Part shown: in pieces, positions 13,618-26,155 of the stretch
Position numbering within the stretch: position 1 is the first letter of the stretch
Layout: each line of letters begins with the position of its first letter
Assembly (NCBI GenBank): GCA_000320545.1
Contig: ADNK01002660.1
Location: 1-64,000, forward strand
DNA length: 64,000 nucleotides
Direction: 5' to 3'
DNA from: Bigelowiella natans CCMP2755
Lineage: Eukaryota > Protista > Cercozoa
The notes under the pieces: generated by a model
What the model was told of the DNA's origin: nothing
The model's input: only the letters and a program-made list of their open reading frames with translations
Database searches by the model: none
Made by a program: the position numbers and the translations under genes

Positions 13618-15261
13618 CTACTTTTCACGTTCCCCTTCCTTCATCTCTCCAGAAAACTCTTGAGGATCCAAGTCAACCTTGTATTTCTCAATCGTCTTCA
13701 GCATGACGTTGTACGGGGAAAATTTTTCGATCTCACCATCCATAAAGACGTTCAATAAGTCCGGAGAAAATCCGGACACCATTGCGACGCCCGGGGTGTC
13801 CGCTTGGGCAGGTATAGAGCCACATTCGCTGGCCCTGAGGTTCCAAAACACAATTTGAGGAATCTGATAGCCATGGGATGCGAATGATTGCTTCGCGTGT
13901 TCGTAGACAGTCTTATAGTCTTCCTGGTCGTTTGCCTCATCAAACTGCATATCTGAGAAGATAAAGAGAACCTTTGGAAGTGCCTCTTGTGGCAGTCGTG
14001 CCTCGAGTGCAACGTCAAGTATCATTTTGAACACTTTGTAGACGTTTGTCGACATCCCCCACTTCATCCCTCGGACACTCAAAACCTGCTCCTGGAGAGA
14101 CTTATCCATGGGTACTTTATGCCATGAGGGGTCACTGTGAAACGTGATCAGACGTCCCCTGTACGGGGGACTCACTAGCCTCGAAACTAGGAGCCCAAGT
14201 GCTATCGCAACCTCCATAGGAATGCCCGACATGCTTCCTGATACATCGACTACTGCTACGGCGTCCTGTAAGCTACCTTTCATTTCAATCCTCTTGACAA
14301 GGGACTGCCACTGGGCGTCAGCTGTCTTATCAGTTTGTCCACCATGTAGATATTGTCTTATGAGGTCGTGAGGCTGGAGGCCTGTGGACTTGATTTCCTT
14401 TTCCCCGCGCTCGACAGCTCCCAGATACCCACTATACCCCTCACAGTTACGCTGAAAAGCTTTTTTGTAGTTGCTATGGGCCTTCGCAGGGACTGAAGCG
14501 AAGTCTATCGCATTCCATGCCTTCCTCGACATTTGACTCTCCACTAGAATGAGGTGCTTCCGCAAACGCGAGACCATTTTCCTGTATCTCATTTGGGGTC
14601 TCTTGTCCTTGGGAAAAATCATTTCGGCCATAATTTTTGCGAGCTTATGAGTTTTGTCGTATTTTTTACGCTCACTCGGGGCCCACTTTACGGCAAGAGA
14701 AATAGAAGATTTAGCAATTTTCTTCTTCGCACCTTCGTCCTTTTCCTCTTTCCTGTCTTCGTCTCCTTCAGGCTTATCAGCGTCCTCTGATTCAACGACC
14801 ATCTCTGAGTCTGCCAATAATTGTTTGCAATATAGCTTCAGCTCAGGAACATTCGCCGCATCCTCTTTCTTTAAAGCAGCCTTGTCTGTGTAAACTCGAC
14901 TAACAACATCAAGCAGGTCGCGGTACGTCCCAACACTCACAAATGCCTCGAGATTCGCTTCGTAGGTTCGAGGGAATTTGCTACGTAACCATTCCAAGCA
15001 ACTGAGGACCACCCGCCTCTCGCCTTTGCCTCCACGACAATCACGGGCGTTCATCAAAACTTTTAACGCGAGCTTTGGATCTTCGTCAACGGCATCCTGG
15101 AACATTCTTCTTGCATCCGCATCAGAGGTGTTACGTAGAAGGCCAGAAGAGAAAAGGTCTAGAACTTTCGACTCAGTAGTGCTAAACCCCCATGCACCAT
15201 TTTCAGTCAGGGCCATGTTGGTTGGCTCTTGCTGCGTGTCTGTCTTTTCTTGCTTGCTCAT
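13618..15261 (-). CDS. DUF2828 family, TROVE/Ro60-like helical domain plus vWA domain; intronless CDS
   Basis: Motifs TENGA..F.....LDLF, RDCRGGKGER, SLAVKWAPSE, YRKMVSRLRKHL, LQPHDLI, MIDAS-type VDVSGSM, WGMSTN, IFSDMQFD, PQIVFWNL and VSGFS. The first in-frame ATG is at 15261 (the track starts at a TTG at 15333). Confidence 0.9.
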   Translation of the reverse strand: MSKQEKTDTQQEPTNMALTENGAWGFSTTESKVLDLFSSGLLRNTSDADARRMFQDAVDEDPKLALKVLMNARDCRGGKGERRVVLSCLEWLRSKFPRTYEANLEAFVSVGTYRDLLDVVSRVYTDKAALKKEDAANVPELKLYCKQLLADSEMVVESEDADKPEGDEDRKEEKDEGAKKKIAKSSISLAVKWAPSERKKYDKTHKLAKIMAEMIFPKDKRPQMRYRKMVSRLRKHLILVESQMSRKAWNAIDFASVPAKAHSNYKKAFQRNCEGYSGYLGAVERGEKEIKSTGLQPHDLIRQYLHGGQTDKTADAQWQSLVKRIEMKGSLQDAVAVVDVSGSMSGIPMEVAIALGLLVSRLVSPPYRGRLITFHSDPSWHKVPMDKSLQEQVLSVRGMKWGMSTNVYKVFKMILDVALEARLPQEALPKVLFIFSDMQFDEANDQEDYKTVYEHAKQSFASHGYQIPQIVFWNLRASECGSIPAQADTPGVAMVSGFSPDLLNVFMDGEIEKFSPYNVMLKTIEKYKVDLDPQEFSGEMKEGEREK

Positions 15262-16313
15262 CTTCTTCGGGTTTTGGATTGTTGCGGGCAGATCTACGAG
15301 ACCGTACAGCTCGTACAAATCAAGATGAGCCAAGCCGCAGCTCGTCCTGAAAATGCGAGATACAAGATCAGGCTGTTTACAGGAAACGACTACTATTTCG
15401 TAGCAAAATCATAAGTTGAAACTGATCTCTGTAGATGTGCGACACGGTGTTTTTCATGACTCACTATTCAAAGTTGCTTGCATTCTTTCTTCGGGTGTGA
15501 GCCGCATTCAGATGCTTCAGAGAGTGATCCAGGAAGACGACCCATGCTCGACGACGACAACATACCGTACAATACCGGTAGATCTACGTAGAAGCACACA
15601 AAAATGGCCTCAAATTTCCCACATGGGCGCACCAGTCAACGCAGGCAATTTTTGAAATTAGTATTTCAAAGTCCTGCATTATTCTACGAGTACGAAAATT
15701 TTCACCCAATAATTTTTGGAAGTTAGAATGTTTTTCGCCGATGTCGCTTCACGATTTTTAATTTCTTTTGGCATATTGTACACTTTTAAGCACCATATTG
15801 TTTCTCTGTTCATGATTGTAGTACATATTTTAACTGCGACTCGGCTAGATTACTTCGGACTCCTGTGATGGGTAGGTACCCCTTGTCCCCTTGTACAAAC
15901 ATTTTGGTGAAAATAGCTAGATTTGGAGACTCTTTTATTTCGGAGAATGAATCTATGCATACCCCCCCTCATAAACACATACCACCAAGAACGCCAAACA
16001 GGGAGGCAGAGTAAAACCTTGAAAAATGCTCTGTTTTTCCTGCATTCAGGTTTGTCGCGATGTTTTATGTTCCTTAATTTTCCCCGCCTCCGCTGACTCA
16101 GATGCCCCCAACGTTATGGTGCTATTATTGCTGTACCAAAAAAACATTCGCATTTTTAACATAATTTGCCTTAGAACGTTGACACAGGGATAAAATCCCC
16201 AGAATTTTCCAAATAATGTGACAGTTACCACTCAGAGCGTTCCAAGTTCCAATTAAATCCATCCCTTCGGATCTATCCACAGAACCCATTCAAGACCAGT
16301 CAGTCGAAACTAC

Positions 16314-17069
16314 ATGCCTTGCATTCGTGCTCCACCTGAGGCCTCCACACTCCCTTCATGGGCCAGAGAAGTGGTTGGCAGGATCAACAAAGTGAAGCTT
16401 CGAACCATCAAACTGGGACCAGAGCAGAAGACCACAAGCATGAAGTTTAAGGATGTTGCTGATTCTGACACCATGTATGGCTGCACCTGCGACGGGTAAC
16501 ATTTTATTCTATTTATCAATCTACTTTGAGATTACATAATAATGATTTAGTATTTTTTACCTTCTATTTTCCGTTGGGGATGGCTCTGAACAAACACACT
16601 TATTCTGACTCTGCAGATCTAAAAAAACTCATAATAATGTAGGACGTGCAAAAAGAAGACAGTCAAAGGTCCTCTCCATTTCAACGTCAAAGATGATCTT
16701 GTATACTGCAAAAAATGCTTTGAGGCACAACAGAAGAAGACAAAGACCACTAACACCGAGTCTGATGAAGAGGGCAAATTTGTGTACTGCAAGACTTACA
16801 AAGACGTCATGAAGCAGATATTCAACCTCATGGATGAAGATGGGAATGGAACAATATCTCGGAGTGAATTCAACAAGTTCTTTACAGCGATGGGTGCATC
16901 ACAAAGAGAGATTGGAATGATGTTTAACGTAGCCTCACCTCGGGCTAACAAACAAGTCATGAAAAAGTTTTTTTCGGATGACGATCAAGACGCAAGGAAT
17001 GTTAAAGAAGATGGACTCAGCCTTGAAGAATGGGCAGATTTCTATCTGAAGACGTTTGTATTTTTTTGA
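16314..17069 (+). CDS. Small ZZ-like zinc finger plus EF-hand protein (2 exons)
   Basis: Intron 16496-16642 (GT..AG) joins YGCTCDG to TCKKKTVKGP..DLVYCKKCFE in frame. This is followed by a canonical EF loop DEDGNGTISRSE and a second degenerate EF hand (DGLSLEEWADF). Confidence 0.75.
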
Positions 17070-18076
17070 TTGATCCTCTAGCTTAACTTTTCATCCACTA
17101 CAACTGTCAGTTCTGTCGTATCGTACTAAATATAAATAGTGTAAATCTATAAATTCATACACAAGCTAGCAAGGTGAGTGCATTGTATAATAGACAACGT
17201 AATATGATATATATTATATTTTATATTACTATGTCTATAACTTATTACTTAAACATATCGTAAACAGCAGTCGCTAGCATGTATCAATGAAGCCATTATA
17301 CAACATGTAATAAGTATTAAACGTACATCAGGAAATTTCATTACCCCTTTATTACAACCTCGCGGTACATGGCACATATGTGCGCGTATGTGTGCACGTG
17401 TGTGCACATGGTAGCACATGTTACATGATTGAACTACATACAACAACATCTGCATCTCATGCATGCGTGTGAGCAATGCTAAATTTATTAACGCTATACT
17501 ACGGTATCCTTGATATGTCTGCGCTATAGCTAATAACTGCGTGTGCGCATGTTGCATGCGCCGTGCAATCTCGGTTCATAATAAAGGCTAGCTAGTAGCT
17601 CTAAGTGTTGTGACGTTGGATTCTGTGTCTGTCATTACTGTGCATGTAGCAGCAACAATGCCCGATCCCGTTGTAGGGACTGTATGTAAGTCCACAACAT
17701 TATATATACCGCATCGTAGCGTGCAGCATTCAGGTGCATAATATATATGCGCACGACACATGCAGCATGCATGCATGCATGCAAATACGATACAATGTTC
17801 GTAGGCATATACGTAATAAAAGCAAGCCAAAAATGCGCGGCAAAACTAACGATCGACAATAACTAGCAGGCTGCTTTGCATTAAGCACGTAGCGCATCGT
17901 GCATTGCATTGTGTTGCGTATTGCTCTGCTGCGTGCGTGCGTATACGCGTGTGAATAGAAGCATTTTTTTTTGCCAACGAATCGGAATTAGCAAGAATCA
18001 TGCAAGATTTTGGGGGCTGCTATTTGAGGACGACTACACTTACAAACGATGAGCACCACTCATTTTCACCTCGCTA

Positions 18077-20296
18077 TCAATGTCCTATAGGCTCGTCCAA
18101 AGCTAGCATTGCCTCGGCCATTGCAGCCTGGACAGATCCATTTATAATATCAAGTTTTTCTTGGCTGTTACCCACTGGCTCTTTTCCCGACACAGACGTT
18201 ACAGTGGTCGTTGCGCTTTTAATCTGAAAGAATGATCACAAAACCAACTTTATGTTTATCTTTAACAAATTCATCGCACATTCATACATGAAGCTGCAAG
18301 AAAGCAACGTACCCAACTATCAAAATAGTCAAAGCAAAAAACCAATGTCTCGGAATAAATACACATTTGGCCATCTTTTCCCAAATGATTCCTTTTGTGT
18401 TGTGGTTCTCGATTCACCCTGGCCACTCTCCACCCTTTTGCATTTTGTCAGTTTTACCTCGGGCGAGCGATGGAGAGCTTTGTAGGTCTCTATATTTTTG
18501 TGGCCAGCTGTCTTGATGGGTCTCCGAGACTTGGTACTTCGTCGTGATTTATTACTAGAGCCGCCTTTCGCCATTTGGGAGTATCCGCCCGGAAAGTGAT
18601 TGCCTGTGCGAGTAGGGGTAAATCCTTTCGGAACCCCACGTGAGTTTTTCCTCAATCCTGTGGTTACCGTCTTTTTGGCTGTCTTTCTACTTTTGCTACT
18701 GCTGCGGTTGCTTCGTGACGTCTGTGCAGTTTTCTTCTTATTTGAGGTTGTTTTCTTAGGCACTTTGCTCGCCGAATACTCTGCTGTTCCCTTCCCCTTT
18801 AGGGGTACTCTTGGGATAATCACACCGAACTTTTTCTCTAAATATTGATCGTAGGCCGATGAGGCTGCCTTTTCATGGACTGCCCCTTTCCGAGTGTAAT
18901 GTTCAATATTCAAATGTGAGATTTGTGACTAGAAAATCTGAACAGACTAATTGTGCGCTATTGTAAAAAAAACGCATAAAACGTAATGAGCCTCATGGCA
19001 TCGAGGCGGAAACAATTCGCAAAGCCCGTGCCTTAGATTAAAATGACTCGAAATACCAACAAATTTCGTAATACCCAGGTGATTATGTTTAGTATCGTGT
19101 CGAGTGTTCGGTGTGTTATAGTGAATTTGGTTCACCTTCCAATTCTTTCTGTTTCAGGAGCTCTCTTTCCCTTGCCAGGTACTCCTCACGAAAGGTCCTC
19201 GATGATAATTGGTTTATCTTGCTATCACCTTGAAGGCGGTTTCCTGAGAGCAATAACAGTGTTTTTTAAAAATTATAAAATAATAGTTAATATGGTACAT
19301 GTTCGATCTCTATTTAAGTTTTAGAATAATCTCTTTTTACCGAATTCCTCGCCTTTTATCTCCAGTTGATATCGTTCCATCTCCGTCTCGTCCTTAAAAT
19401 ACGCAGCAGCACCAATGACATTCGTGATATGGCCAGCACGATGAAGAATGAAGAAAGAAGAGAGGCAGTTCAGGATTCGTGACGGATAGAGGAGTAGATG
19501 TTTTGGTGATTTAACTGTCATTTTACGTCCTCTACCTTTCTTCTCCTATCTTCGCGTTCCACCTCACTGTCTTTCCACGCCCCTCTCTTCTCTTTTAACA
19601 ATTCCCCTTCTATGCCCCCCCTCGATGGGGCAAACTTCGCCAAAGTCTTCATCCGAATCTCTGGCGCGAGGAGGGTTGGCACTGGGAATGACAACGGCGG
19701 TGCACGTGGTAGAAATTGAACGAGGAATTGCGCATGTTGCTCAAACGTCGTCCCGCTTTTAGGTAAGGTCCGCACGATTAGCTGCCCGAAATCAATGGGA
19801 GATTCTCAATCAAATGCAATCCGAACGTGTGCATAGAGGTATATCAACAACCCGCACACCATTAGTGCACACATACATGCTCTGCTGATTCATTTTATGT
19901 GTTGTTCCAAGAACCTCGTGGTCTTTCTCGAGGAACGGCGATTGCCATGCACGCGATTGGCCGAATACTTCCCAGTTAGCACGCATGTACCTTTGTTCCG
20001 ATTTAATGATTTTTTGTTCTTCGATTATTTGGGTTCTCAGCAAAATAGAAGGTGTTACATAGATGGTGCTATTCTGATGTTTTCCCACTAGATGAGAGTG
20101 TTGGTTGTTCGAGCGATTTAAATGAGAAGTTTTGGTGGTGTGCAGACTAAAGACCTGAGGCAGGCCAACCTTGCGTCAGGTGTGCGAAACACCTGGGTTA
20201 GCACGAGTATCTACAAGCCAAACAGATCATTATTCTCCTTATTCTTACTGTTCAAGTTGCCACAAGAGCATGACTTGCTATGCCCCCCCTCCCCGC

Positions 20297-20342
<46 letters not shown>

Positions 20343-22340
20343 ATTAAACAATTAAAATCTTCGTTTCTAATCACCACCGGACACCCACATCTCCACTACA
20401 TACTATAATAATAATAATAATAATAAGAAGAAGAAGAAGAAGAAAAAGCAGCAGTAGGACCTTAAACAGATATGAGGGCTCCAGCAAGCAGTTTTCGTCA
20501 CGCAGAATCATAGCTGTGACCTGCTCGGCATAACATAATATCAGGGCTTGTCAGATTGCACAGCTACATTTTCTGCCAAAGGTACGAGAATTCAATCCTC
20601 CTACCGCTCGCTCCTGCATTCGGTCGCAAAGGCTTTGATGGGACTCGCATTCCTTGGCGAGCTCGGCTTCTATTGCCGACTCCTTCCGGATCAAAAACTG
20701 CGCGCAGGACATGCGGTGCTGCTCGATCTTTTTCCTACAGGGGAGAGGAGGGGAATATGTGGACTTTAGAAAGTAGCTAGGAAAAAAGAGAGGTCAGACA
20801 TGTATACGAATCTTAGATGTACTGACGCTAAGACTTCAGATTTCATCCTTTTCTTTTATTTTTGAACACTTCGTAGTCTCACCGTGCCTCAGATGAGGAT
20901 ATTTTATGGGTATTTTGGGAGTTTTCCCGGCGGCGTCTCGCCTTGATCTTCTTCTCCTGATTTTGCACGGATTTGAGGATCTTCTTCTCATACTCGGCCT
21001 GAATCGCAACCATTTTTGCCCGCAGCACCGTCTGTTGTTCTGCAAAAAGGGAGAGAAAGTATTTTTGTGCTAAAATGAGAATGATATGGCAAGGGCAGCA
21101 ACAAAAACGCGATAGTTGGCCGGAGAATGGTAACAAACGTGCCAGTACACGTCAAGATACGACACATATTCTATGTCTGATCGTGGTGAGAGTCAACTGG
21201 CTTTCCGTACACAGCATATTCTACAGCATTTTAGGATATAAAGGTACTTCAAAACTTCTCTAACTGGCCATGCATGTGCTACTATCATCATCATCATCGT
21301 CGTCGTCGTCATCAGCATCATGAGAGCATCTATAATTCTCATAATCATCATAATCATCACCATCATCATCATCATCATCATCATTATCATCATCATTATC
21401 ATCACAAGCAATCCCCACTCGATGCTTCCAGATCAAAGATGATCTTGTCCGCGACCGCATAGTTGTATTCCTGCAACACCGGAAGATTCTCCAGAAACGC
21501 TAGGAAGAAGATGAGCCCGCTGGCGGAAATAGCGCCCTCGTCATCTCCAGTGATGGACAAAGAGAAAGACGCAGCATCAAGAAAGACGTGCATACGAAGA
21601 TTATTGATCACAGTGCTCGGTGTTGCTGCTAACGATGACGGCGTTTGGTTGCTTCTTGCCTATCAAACGGATCGAGAGTAGATATAAGTAAACAAAGTGA
21701 GCAGAGCTCCCCTGCCCCTCTCTCATCCCTCTAATTTGCATCTCCGTACTACTTTATCTCTCTCTATCTTCGGTGTTCACCGGATTATTACAATGTTTTC
21801 ATTATCACCATAGATAGACCCCTCCCCAGCCTTACCATGACATCGCACTTGGCGATGGCGCCCGAGGCCTTTCTGCAGAGCAGCGCGAGGTTGTGACGAG
21901 ACACGTTCTCCGCTCCCACTACCATCCATAGCTTGACAAACACGCCATTTCGAGAGACCTCGAAGCTGACGCTAGCACCTAAACCGATTACAGCGATACG
22001 AATGGTATTTCTTTCTCTACTTTGTCTGTGCAACTCGCGTGTATTTGCGTGGGAAAAATGCGGAGAGAAAGGAAGTTTGGGGTCGGCAGGCGTGTGCGTT
22101 CGACCCGGTGTCCTTGTGATAAGATACTCCATAAGAAGCTCGCTGTCTTTCCCTTCCACAACGTGAGAATCAATTTTTCGTAGCACATCGCCTTCTCTCA
22201 GCTTAGAGTCATAGGCTGGTGAGCCCGAGAGAATTGCTGAATGGTGTATAATATACACACAAACACAGAGCATTGTATGTATGTATATGTGCATATGTGC
22301 ATGTTTAGAGAGTAGTATAATGCAATCCCATATTAATTTT

Positions 22341-22425
<85 letters not shown>

Positions 22426-23300
22426 GCGGACCCCTCCCTTTCTTCATACACACGTTCGCATCCTGGTTAATATTCGATAATACATTATTGCGGATAGAAT
22501 AACACCTTTAATTACTAGCTTTCCGCCAATGTTTTCAGTCTGAAGTCCAAGTGTCGACTTGAGTCCCCTCAGGAGCTTCTTTGCCTCGCGTGAAGTGTTT
22601 ATAGCCTGGGCCGCTGTGAAGCTCTGAAAATTTGAAAGACAGTGCAGAAAAAAACAAACAATGAATATGGTTCAGAACTGGAGAATCGTATCATCACATG
22701 AGAAAACGTATTTGTGAGCAGTTTTCGATTATCCGTTGTGTTTCATTCATAGTTAGCTGTTTGCACGATGCCAGATGCTTGAATAATGCAATGCATATTG
22801 CTCGTTAAAGAAGAATACTCATCTCTCCCTCCGCCCCGATTATTCTCATAAATATTCTCACCTGATGCTTTTGGCGCATCTGGGCCATAACCATCTTCGA
22901 CCCAGAGAGAACTTCAAATGGGACTCGAAACCGCTGGACTTTTGAGTCGAGATCACGGAAATGGAGCTCGACGTTCAGAGTGGACTTGAAGGTCTGCAGT
23001 GGCGGATACGTTTAGGTTGCGATCGAAAGAACATGCTGACGACACTTTCTGACGGGGCAAATAAGTCTCTATCTCTGCAGTAGGAGAAACATCTCCTGCA
23101 AGCAGATTTCCCATTCGAGGCAAAAGTGAAAACGATCGGTCATTTGCTGTACAGCCAGAGTCAACTCACGAACACACTGACATCACCTGCATCCATAAGA
23201 TCGAGAGGCTCCGAGAGAAGTCGATATCCTCTTCTTCTTCTTCTCCAGAAACCGAAGAAACAGATTCTCCAGCATCGACTTGCCTGGTTTCCATGGATCC
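18077..23300 (-). CDS. Multi-exon PDZ-domain protein with coiled-coil and basic low-complexity C-terminus; 5' boundary uncertain
   Basis: Exons near 22624-22507, 22236-22087 and 21978-21836 splice to STLGLQTENIGGKLVIKAILSGSPAYDSKLREGDVLRKIDSHVV..PGASVSFEVSRNG (PDZ). Further exons lie near 21660, 21040, 20740, 20040, 19780, 18900 and 18224, with a likely stop at 18077. Not all junctions were verified. Confidence 0.6.
21283..21403. repeat. Degenerate (CAT)n trinucleotide tract in an intron of the PDZ gene
   Basis: Directly visible. It generates the spurious poly-His/Met/Asp ORFs in the track. Confidence 0.9.
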
Positions 23301-23629
23301 CAGCCGGTGGCTGCCAAAGCTTGAGGCTAGCTGCAGCTCGTCGTCGCACGAAGACGTCTGGGCGCCGCCGTTGAGCTTCGCTGTCAGGGTCGCACGGATG
23401 ATTCATGTCGCAGGGCACAAAATACACGCAAAACAACATAAATCGATCAGAATCATCTTGTCGCTCAAGCCATTTGCATCAGCCGTTTCGAGGGAGGAGC
23501 ATGCTTTTCGAAAAATGGCATGGAAAACATCCCTGCGTCGCATAGATAAACTTGTCGTAGGTTATATCTCGGGACCCACTCCGAGCCGGCCCGGCAGCGT
23601 TTCCATTACGACGAGGAGTGATACTGACC

Positions 23630-24988
23630 ATGCTGAGGAGGCAGGCTAGCGCGGCAAGAGATGTTCTTTTCTTTCTATGCAGTATTTCCTTGAGTGATAT
23701 CATGGATCTGGGGGAGGATAACCTGCGGAATACGCTCGTAGATAGAGCCGCAGCCTCCTGTACTGACGATTTGAAACGAATTCAAGGCTTAAATACCACG
23801 GAAGTTGCGGGGTTGGTTATGGCACAAAAAGTTTTAGTTCGGGGGGGGATAGCCTCGGAGACGGAGATTAAAGGATGGGGTATCGACAAGCAACGAAATA
23901 GCCTTGTTTCTTCTAATCAACGCTACACGGGATTGCCAGCAAGTACCTTACAAAGCGAATCAACATTCGACAACGCAATGAGGGCCTACTCTACCTGGCT
24001 TTATCAAGTAGAAGCCCTCCCCTTACTGAGCGCTTTCTCTAATATTGGTGCGGCGGAGACGTCAAGCTTCAGCACAAAAGCGCTACTGCCAGAAACGAAT
24101 CGCACCGTGGGCGTCGATTGTATATCCATCATCGAGCGTACAAAGGCCAAGGGCTATCTCGGGGTCTTTCACACGGCTGACACTACTCAAGAGGATGTAT
24201 TCGATTTGTATGTGGCAACGTCGGACGACCTGAAAACTTGGGAAGCAGCAAACACCCCTCTTATTAAGAGGGCTTCGATGGCCAAGCTGTATGGCGGAGC
24301 CGACCTGCCGTTCAGCGGTATCCTCCTCCTCTACGAAGCTAACGTGGAAGGTAAGGGACCATCTGTCGCCGGAGCATGGTTTGCAACGGAAGATGATCTC
24401 CTTGAGGGGAAGATAAGCCAGCAATTTCTGACTTCGCGCACCCTGAGCGGCAATGCGGAAGGAACTCCCAATCTGATAAGAGCCACGACTATGGATGCGA
24501 AATCTAGTGATACGTCACCCCAGAATTGCGTGCTTACTATTGGTATGCACTATTTCGACAAGCGAGAAAGTGGCGAAATGATCGACCAGCAAGCGTACGC
24601 CGTGATCAAGGGCTTTGATAGTGCGCAATGGAGGGCAGCTCCCTGTAGCATTTCCAACGCTTACCTCCCGAAGCAAGGATATCTCGGAAAGCTCGGGGCC
24701 CGCTCGAGTTTCATGTACAACGGCCGCCTATTTTACGTAATGGAGGTGCAAAAGGAGTTAGATAATTGGAGTTCTTGGCGGCTGTTATTGGGCGATGGTG
24801 TTGGGTTCACAGAGCTTTCCGTGCGTACACCCAGTCTATCGTCCTCCTTTGCTAACCCGTCGGTTGCGGCCTTGAGTGCCAACGAAATCGGGTCGAACGA
24901 ACGCTCCTTCATAGTAACTTCATTCGTTCCAAGCGAGGGTAGTTGGGGAAATGAAGAGGGTGAGTTGGTGTACAGGGTCGAAGTATAA
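23630..24988 (+). CDS. Bacterial-like protein: N-terminal helical 'D.xRN(T/S)LV' repeat plus glycoside-hydrolase-like beta-propeller; no intron in the 1.3-kb coding stretch
   Basis: Uninterrupted ~450-aa ORF. Asp-box-like YVATSDDLKTWE, plus GYLGVFHT, AEGTPN, IGMHYF, SFANPSV and FVPSEG..GELVY. Internal repeat DNLRNTLV / DKQRNSLV. The start codon is uncertain (23630 or 23702). Confidence 0.7.
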   Translation: MLRRQASAARDVLFFLCSISLSDIMDLGEDNLRNTLVDRAAASCTDDLKRIQGLNTTEVAGLVMAQKVLVRGGIASETEIKGWGIDKQRNSLVSSNQRYTGLPASTLQSESTFDNAMRAYSTWLYQVEALPLLSAFSNIGAAETSSFSTKALLPETNRTVGVDCISIIERTKAKGYLGVFHTADTTQEDVFDLYVATSDDLKTWEAANTPLIKRASMAKLYGGADLPFSGILLLYEANVEGKGPSVAGAWFATEDDLLEGKISQQFLTSRTLSGNAEGTPNLIRATTMDAKSSDTSPQNCVLTIGMHYFDKRESGEMIDQQAYAVIKGFDSAQWRAAPCSISNAYLPKQGYLGKLGARSSFMYNGRLFYVMEVQKELDNWSSWRLLLGDGVGFTELSVRTPSLSSSFANPSVAALSANEIGSNERSFIVTSFVPSEGSWGNEEGELVYRVEV

Positions 24989-25976
24989 AGGTTTATGATG
25001 GCTCGCCGTTGCGCAACGTAGCCATCCACCACAACAATTGCTGTTATACCACATTCCTTACCACACCATGCACATCCTGCACAATACGTAAACTAGCATA
25101 GATATGTATGTGTATGTTAGCTCGTGGGCGTAATTTCTACGTATTACACGATGTCTGTACGTACTATGAATATGCATCTAGATATGGTGCAATTACATTC
25201 AAGCGCACGCTATTTAATAGAGCTAAGTCCTGACGAAATGCTCCTCGCACTAGCTGAACTGTTGGTAGCGCGTCGTACGTGCGATGTGTAATGATCGACA
25301 CGTATCGATGGCTTGTATATGATCGATATGCAAGCCGCGGCACATATATGATCTGCATACCAATCTAGCAATGCATTATATGCGCTTGCATGCGTTCTGT
25401 GTAGCTGTGTATAATGTCTATCATGTGTAGGTCGCATAACCAACCTGCCACCTAGCAATATCAATAATGCGCGCACACAATCCAAGCTAGCCAGGAATAA
25501 TATGCATAGCGTAACTTATTTACACGCAATAACGACAGGCTTTCATACATATACGTACAATGTGCAGTGTTGTACCACACCTCGTACACATCATTTGTCC
25601 ATGCGTATGCATGCTGTAAATCTCACCCACGACTTGTACACCGTGATGAAGTTCGTGCAGGCTATAAAACATACCTTTTGGTCGAGAAAGGCACTGAAAC
25701 CGCCGTCATCATCGAGCTGTCGCTCTGTGCGTAGCAAGCACATCATACACAAACACCCGCTTTGTACTGAAATGGTATGTCTGTCTAGCGATACAAACGC
25801 CTACGTGTTTGCCTCTAATATCGAATTGCTCGCAGTTTGTACAACATGCAAGACTGCCTTGTAGCCACAGCGTTCGGTGCTTTATGGTCGGAAAGTAATC
25901 AATAACATTTGAATATCTAGAGATTTATCCAATTCCGTCCTCGCCAGATTTCGCAGCAAATCACGAGCTACTTTCC

Positions 25977-26118
25977 TCACGAAAGCTTTGAGAAGCTTTT
26001 CCCAACAGCATCCACTACATCCTCCAGATCGGTTCCCCCGAGACTTACATTTCTAAATGTTGATACGCACATCATAGTAAGGCGATGGTGTTCGAAACGG
26101 AGCAAATTGCTCTTATCA

Positions 26119-26155
<37 letters not shown>

